NCBI GenBank assembly: GCA_036867785.1 | Contig: CP145410.1 | Coordinates: 248,001 to 312,000, forward strand | Source of the DNA: Plasmodiophora brassicae | Taxonomy: Eukaryota | Direction of reading: 5' to 3' | Length of the DNA: 64,000 bases | Shown: positions 58,613-64,000 of the stretch, piece by piece | Layout of the letters: the number at the start of each line of letters is the position of its first letter | How positions within the stretch are numbered: the first letter of the stretch is position 1 | Made by a program: the position numbers and the translations under genes | The notes under the pieces: generated by a model | Databases searched by the model: none | The model's input: the letters and a program-made list of their open reading frames with translations, nothing else | What the model was told of the DNA's origin: nothing

Positions 58613-59857
58613 CTAGACTTCGGCGTCGGCCAGCGGCGGGTGCCCCGCCGGCGGACGGTGCCGTTCCGAGTCGCCCTCCGACGTCCCGTTCTGGAACAGC
58701 AGGCGCCGGTGCCGCCTCTGCATGACCAACACGAAGCAGAAGATGGCCATGCCGCACATGAGCACGACGAGAATGGTCAGGACCAGGGCGGCGACGCCCC
58801 GCTCGTCCCTCGACGGGGACGACGGGGACGCCCCCGGGGCGCCCGACGCGTCCTGGAACACGCCCAGCGAGTTGACGGCGAAGTACGCGTCGACGAAGCT
58901 GGACGGGTTGTTCCTGACGAAGGTCGTGCAGTTGGAGGCGCGCCTGGCGCAGCCGGACCCGGCCCAGACGGACGGGTCGCCGGCGTCGTCGCCACAGAAC
59001 GCCAGGTCGAACACGATCTGCATGCTGGCGAAGTGCGACGACGTGCACGCCGGGGCGAACGTCAGGTTCGCCATCGGCGTCGGCCACCGGTCCGGCCTGG
59101 GCGCGTTCTGGACGATGTCCGCCGGGATGGCCGGCCGCGGGAACAACCAGATCGCGATGCCCGACGCGTCCCACAACGTCGCGTACACGCCGCCGCCGTT
59201 GGCGTTGAACTCGGCGCCGTACGACGCCGGCGTGGTCGCCCGGTTTCCACACCCGACCGCGTCGGCACTGCAATTCAGGGACAGGATCGTCGCCGACTGC
59301 TGCCTGGCGCCGGCCTGAGTGCACCCGGCGCCGGTATGGAACGACACCACGTTCGAGGTCGCGTTGTGCACGCCTTCGATCACGTCGACCTCGCCTGTGC
59401 GGCGGTTCAGATCACAGGACACGTCGTCGTGCGCGGGCGGCACCGTACCTGAACTGGGCCAATTGGGCCCCAGGAACCAGTAGGCGGGCCAGGTGCCGCA
59501 CCCGACGGGGACGTGCGCCAGGTCGAGCAGGAACAGGCCGCCGTTGAACTGCTGCTTCGACTCGAGGCGGACCGAGCGTCGGCCGCGCGCGTTGCCGCTG
59601 ACGATCGCGGTGTGGTCGGCGCGAAGCTGTTGCGCGTTGTTGACGATGGGTACGAGGCCGCCGGACGACGCCGTTAGCCGATCGACGTAGTCGACGTAGC
59701 CGTGCGTCGGGTCATCGCCGGTGAAGAAGTCGAACTGGTCGAGGAAGTTCGACGACGTCCACGACGCCGTCTGCGTGTACGCCGGCAGCGCAGTGGTGAA
59801 GCGAACGGCGCACGACAGGGCTAGCAATGCCAGGGCAAGACCAGGCGCCCACGACAT
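58613..59857 (-). CDS. Secreted, C-terminally membrane-anchored GH16 endo-beta-1,3(4)-glucanase (fungal Lam16A-like)
   Basis: Signal peptide MSWAPGLALALLALSCA, 'FLDQFDFFTGDDPTHGYVDYVD', 'GRRSVRLES', 'GCGTWPAYW', catalytic ExDxxE 'GEVDVIEG', 'FNANGGGVYA', and TM helix GVAALVLTILVVLMCGMAIFCFVLVM followed by RRHRR. One in-frame intron at about 59394-59447. Confidence 0.92.
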   Translation of the reverse strand: MSWAPGLALALLALSCAVRFTTALPAYTQTASWTSSNFLDQFDFFTGDDPTHGYVDYVDRLTASSGGLVPIVNNAQQLRADHTAIVSGNARGRRSVRLESKQQFNGGLFLLDLAHVPVGCGTWPAYWFLGPNWPSSGTVPPAHDDVSCDLNRRTGEVDVIEGVHNATSNVVSFHTGAGCTQAGARQQSATILSLNCSADAVGCGNRATTPASYGAEFNANGGGVYATLWDASGIAIWLFPRPAIPADIVQNAPRPDRWPTPMANLTFAPACTSSHFASMQIVFDLAFCGDDAGDPSVWAGSGCARRASNCTTFVRNNPSSFVDAYFAVNSLGVFQDASGAPGASPSSPSRDERGVAALVLTILVVLMCGMAIFCFVLVMQRRHRRLLFQNGTSEGDSERHRPPAGHPPLADAEV

Positions 59858-60089
59858 CGCTGCCGACAGATCGAACTGGTCGCTTAAGTACGAAGGATCG
59901 AACGATCGCCCAGATGGCGGTGACCGTACCTGGGGAGCCGTCGCATTTACGCAGCCCGTTCTGGAAGCGACGCCGTCACGAGCAAGGCTGTCTGGAGGCG
60001 GCAGCAGTGTCACCACGTCGCTGAGCGATACTAGTACTGATCATGGGGAGGCCAGGATGCGACTACTAGCAGTTATTTAGAAGAACCCG

Positions 60090-60971
60090 TCACATATCGT
60101 CCGAATCCGAGTCCGACTCGTCGTCCCGGCGATCGGCATCGCTTTCGCTGAGCCGCCGAAGCGACACGTCCGACAGCGGTACGTGCAGGTCCGGGTCGCT
60201 GCTGTGCTCCAGGAGCCAGTTGAGCGCCCGCTCGATATCGTACCTGTACAAACGAGCACACACAATTAGACGATTTATCGACGGGCGACCGCCCGGCCAT
60301 CCCAGACATGTTGACAATGAGAGCCTTGACGGATGCCGAATAGCTGAATCCCATTCGCTGTGCGATACGGCGCGTCAGGCCAGACGCGACGCTAGGGCAC
60401 ACGCGCCCTTACCTGTAACTGTGCAACGTACTCATGTTGCGGGTCAATGTGATGCAGGTCGGCAGACGACACGACGTCCGCCTCTTGGACATCGACACTC
60501 CTCAGCAGCCGTTGCAGGTCGGGCGGGATGTCGCTCAATAGCTGTGCGCAGACGTTGACCGAGGCGGACGTGCGATGACGACGACGTCGGCACACCAACC
60601 TGCCTCTTGGCAATGATTTGCCGCATGCGGTCGACCAGGCGCGGCTGAGGGGTGAACGGGTCCAGGACATCGTCCGACGCCTTCTTGCTGCGCTTCGTCG
60701 TCGTCGTCGGGCGCACCAGCGCCCTCGGCAGCGGCTTCCCGAGGCAGACGACGACCGAATCGCCGCTGCCGATGCCGGCCGCCCGCATCGACTGCTCGGC
60801 GCGGTCCAGCGGCGCCCCGTCGTACCAGACCTGCAGCGCGTCCGGCGGCAGCGGCACGCCCAGCCGCTTGACGATGGCGGCGCGCAGGTCCGCGACGCTC
60901 GCCGTCCCCGTCTCCAGCGTGATCGGGAACACGGCGCCCGTCAGCGACTTGGCCAACACCGTGAACGGCAT
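60090..60971 (-). CDS. UBL-UBA protein, UBAC1/KPC2-like, 4 exons
   Basis: N-terminal ubiquitin-like fold (MPFTVLAKSLTG…SVADLRAAI…LQVWYDGAPL…GIGSGDSVVV) and a spliced UBA 'VAQLQ|RMGFSYSASVKALIVNM|YDIERALNWLLEHSSDPDLHVPL'. Confidence 0.75.
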
Positions 60972-61123
60972 TTCAGGCTTTGCGCGTCGCCGTCGTCGGG
61001 GGCCGCCGCTGTATCGCGTCAACGTGCCGCGTGCCTACGACGTACGTGGTCGGCGGTGCGATGATGCCGATCGTGTTTCGATCGGGCGTTCATTGTATGG
61101 GCCAGGATGGATGGTTGCGGCGG

Positions 61124-61992
61124 CTATTTCGACATGGACAGGTGCTTCTCGAGTTCGTCTTTGAGCGACTGGTTGTGCTGTCGCAGGGCGCCGATCTCGT
61201 CCTTGTGCTTGCGCTCGTCGTCGGCCCAGCGTTCGGCGACCTTCTTCTCGAGCTGGACGCACTTGGCGGTCGTGTCGAAGACGCTGTTCTCGAGGTCCTT
61301 GATTTCCTGCTCGGCCGCCTTGATGTTCTGCTCCATCTCGGCCTGGGTCATGGATCAGTGCAGGCTGCGTTCCGTGCCCCGTATCCGTCGTAACCTTCTT
61401 CTGTTCGGACTGCAGCGCCTTCCGCATGCCGAACGCGATGCTGCTCTCGTACAGCGTCTGGAACGCCGCGATCGTCATCCTAATTTCGTCCCGAACGCGA
61501 AGCAGCAGCAGGCCCCGTTCCGCACAGTTAATGGTCAGCTCCCGGATAAGCTCATCTAATTCCGCCAGCGATCAGACAGAGACCAGCAGACGCCGTATCT
61601 GTGCTTGCTGGCCCCGACCGAAACATTGAGCGTACAGCTCTTCCCGGATCGGGCAGATTCCCGTTTCCCGAGCCTGCCGCTGCAGCAGCTTCTTGTCCAG
61701 GTTGTCCTGCAGCGTGATGACGTCCAGCCGGGTGGCTGGCGTCGAGGAAACGTACTGCACCCACAGCTGTCCGTCCTCGGTCCATTCCCTGGCACAACGC
61801 GGTTCACGTCCCGCAACGCGCGTCTAGCGAACGCGGATCCCACCTGGGCGGCAGGATCGAGTTCAGGATGTCCTCCGTCGGCGTCAGCTGCGCCCGCTTG
61901 CCCAGTGCCGATTTGGCCTTGCCGCGCGACTCCTTGGTCGTGCTGACCAGGATCGGGTTGTTGTACTTGACCAGCGTCTGCTGCGCCTGCAT
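61124..61992 (-). CDS. DNALI1: Axonemal inner-arm dynein light intermediate chain p28, 4 exons
   Basis: TLVKYNNPILV, TEDILNSILPPR|EWTEDGQLWVQYVSSTPATRLDV, RQARETGICPIREELYAQCF|DELIR…CAERGLLLLRVRDEIRMTIAAFQTLYESSIAFGMRKALQ, and a coiled-coil tail. Confidence 0.97.
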
Positions 61993-62177
61993 CGTCCCGT
62001 CGACGGCCGATCGTCGAACGCTGCGACGACACGGGGGGTGGCTGCAGTTCAGACTGTCGCCAGTGCGCGGCTCGCGTCACACAGCCAACGGGGCCATGTT
62101 GGCATTGGGGCACACACTACCAGTCGCGAGCTGCACATGACGAGTGAGAATGAGCATGGCCCAAATGCCGTACGGCA

Positions 62178-62700
62178 ATGGCGGCGTCGCTGCACGATGG
62201 TACGGCGCGCGCGTGTGTATGTGTGTGTGTCCCAGCCAGCCGACAGTTGACGCTCGGCATTCCTAGATCTGGGTGAGTTCGACGAGTTCGTCCGGCGCTT
62301 CCCAAAGTACCGAGAACAGTCCGAGCTCGTGCACCTCGTGTACAACGACCTTCGGCTCGTCAAACAATGGGCAGACGTCGCTGTGATGGACGCTCCTAAA
62401 ATCGGGTCCTACCTTATCACTGGTGTGCCATACGCGCAGGTATCCCGTCTCTGTACACTGGCGGCGTCCTTCCTGATATTCGGCTAGAACGAGAAGGAGG
62501 TCGTCCTCCCCCGGTGGGTCTACGACGACGTCACGCCTGGCGACCTACACGCAATTCTTCACGAGACCTCGTCCCGATGTGTGCTTGCCTTCGCCGACTC
62601 GGACTCCACGTTGTCGTACTATGCCATCGACAACGGCATTGCAGCCATGCCGATCGCTGCGAAACTATCCTCCGATAAACCCGACGTCGACGACGACTAA
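62178..62700 (+). CDS. TSEN15: tRNA-splicing endonuclease subunit Sen15-like, 3 exons; absent from the ORF track
   Basis: Exons 62178-62199, 62267-62439 and 62488-62700 give MAASLHDDLGEF…LVYNDLRLVKQW…LITG…EVVLP…CVLAFADSDSTLSYYAIDNG…DDD*, matching the Sen15 patterns VY.DL….W and LA…DST..YY….G. Confidence 0.8.
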
Positions 62701-62767
62701 CAGTGATTGCCCCAAGTGACTACTCGAGTGTGCCTGTGTTTCGATCGTGCTGAATTTCATGCCGACC

Positions 62768-63450
62768 TCACATATTACGAGGAAATTGGGTCCCTTGCAC
62801 GTATCCGCCTCGCAGCGATTGCGCGACCATCTGCTGGAACCTCGTGAGGTCGTTCCGCATGACTTCGGCCGCCTCCTGGTTCAGCGGATCGTTCGGGTTC
62901 GGGTCCAACATCAGGAAGATCAGACCATGTACGACGTTCTGGATGTTCAGCACGGGGCGCCACGATTCCCTGAGAATGTTCAGACACACCGCACCATTCA
63001 GGTCAATGTTCGGATGCCAGATCTGCCACAACGTCAGGCGCCAGCACAGCAGGCGGCAGCAGCCATGGCATACCTTTTCCAGACATTTCACTTTCGGCGC
63101 CTTGTACGGGTAATGATCGCTGATCTCGAACGAGAACGTATACGTGGCGCCTTTCCAGTAACCCGCATCGGGTTTGACGGATATCGAGAAGCGCATGAGA
63201 TCGTCCTTGTTCGGCAATATCAGCTTGCAGTTATCAGGCAGGTCAAGCTCCTGCATGTCGCCCATCATTCTCACTGCGACCGCACATATCAGTCTGACGA
63301 ATCGCTCCCAGGGACATGCGACCGCCCCCTCATACTCATCGCCGCCGTCTTCTTCTTCTTGCCGTCGCCCGCATCCGCAGCGGCCGCCTCGTCCGACAGC
63401 TTGGTCTTGGCCCGGCGCCCAGCCCCGATCTTGAACAGCGACGCCGACAT
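62768..63450 (-). CDS. UBC12: NEDD8-conjugating E2 enzyme Ubc12/UBE2M, 3 exons
   Basis: N-terminal 'MSASLFKIG' extension, 'DMQELDLP', 'YPYKAPKVKC', 'HPNIDLNGAVCLNILRESWRPVL', 'PNPNDPLNQEAA', 'SLRGGYVQGTQFPR'. Confidence 0.93.
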
Positions 63451-63632
63451 TTTGTGCGATCCTGCTGATCCGCTGGCACCTGTTCGGGTTCTCCGGCGGC
63501 GGCGGCGTCACACGGCAACTGCGCCCGTCAGCATGATGCAGCTACCCCCGCTGGACTGGAAGAAGCGCTGCCACGTTCACGTCGTGCTCGTTCCAGTCGG
63601 GTTGCCTCGTCGTGACAACACTGCATGCCGGC

Positions 63633-64000
63633 TCATGTATTTCTGGATGTTGAACGATCGTCGTTGGCCCATAGCCGTTGCGCAGCTTCGCCCCAGGAAC
63701 GGGCAATCTCGTCCGGATCGAAGTCGCTGGCGTTCTCGTCCCAGTCCTCGGGTACCTCGTCAGTGAATAGTTCGTCACGGTCGCCTGCGGCACTGGGGAC
63801 CGCTGTTGCTTCTGAGACGGTTACAGGGCCTTCGTGCTCCTCGGCGGCGCCTTCCGTCACCTGCTGCAACATGTCTGTGCATGGCCGACATAATCTTGTT
63901 AGCACCAGCGAGACTCGCAAAGTCGTGATATAAAACGGTACCTTCCAGAGAAAGGTGCAATCGACTCGCACTCATCAAATCTTCAAGCGGAGCGGGTGGC
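63633..64000 (-). CDS. 3' end of an unidentified gene extending beyond the window
   Basis: Acidic coding-like segment (DELFTDEVPEDWDENASDFDPDEIARSWGEAAQRLWAN) ending at a stop at 63633. Upstream exon boundaries are unresolved. Confidence 0.45.

Noticed and set aside
62747..63766. 339-aa plus-strand ORF
   Set aside because: Antisense to UBC12 with no recognisable domain.

Overview
Gene-dense eukaryotic DNA with short (about 45-65 nt) spliceosomal introns, small intergenic gaps and alternating GC-rich and moderate-GC blocks. Axonemal genes (CFAP70, DNALI1/p28) imply a flagellated stage. The overall style suggests a compact protist genome, plausibly a plasmodiophorid such as Plasmodiophora; this is inference and was not verified. 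About 26 protein genes were assembled by hand across introns: VPS13 (5'-truncated), ubiquilin/DSK2, a coiled-coil orphan, two tandem divergent WD40 paralogs, cyclin C, a Q/P/W-rich orphan, RPAP3-like, a PHD/Ada3-like/AT-hook protein, RCL1, two tandem orphan 4-TM proteins, an ankyrin/coiled-coil protein, a PHD-CW-ARID protein, YME1/FtsH, an SLC25A44-like carrier, TOP1, GDH, a CNBD-family K+ channel, MON2, CFAP70, a membrane-anchored GH16, UBAC1-like, DNALI1, Sen15, UBC12 and a truncated gene at the right edge. No rRNA, tRNA or CRISPR array was recognised. The most interesting items are the orphan membrane-protein pair with a gene-conversion-like tract, a 126-bp mini-Helitron candidate, unusual chromatin-reader architectures, a DysF-containing VPS13, a K+ channel with a degenerate voltage sensor and nucleotide pocket, and non-canonical splice sites. 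All family calls come from motif recognition by eye; no database searches were run.
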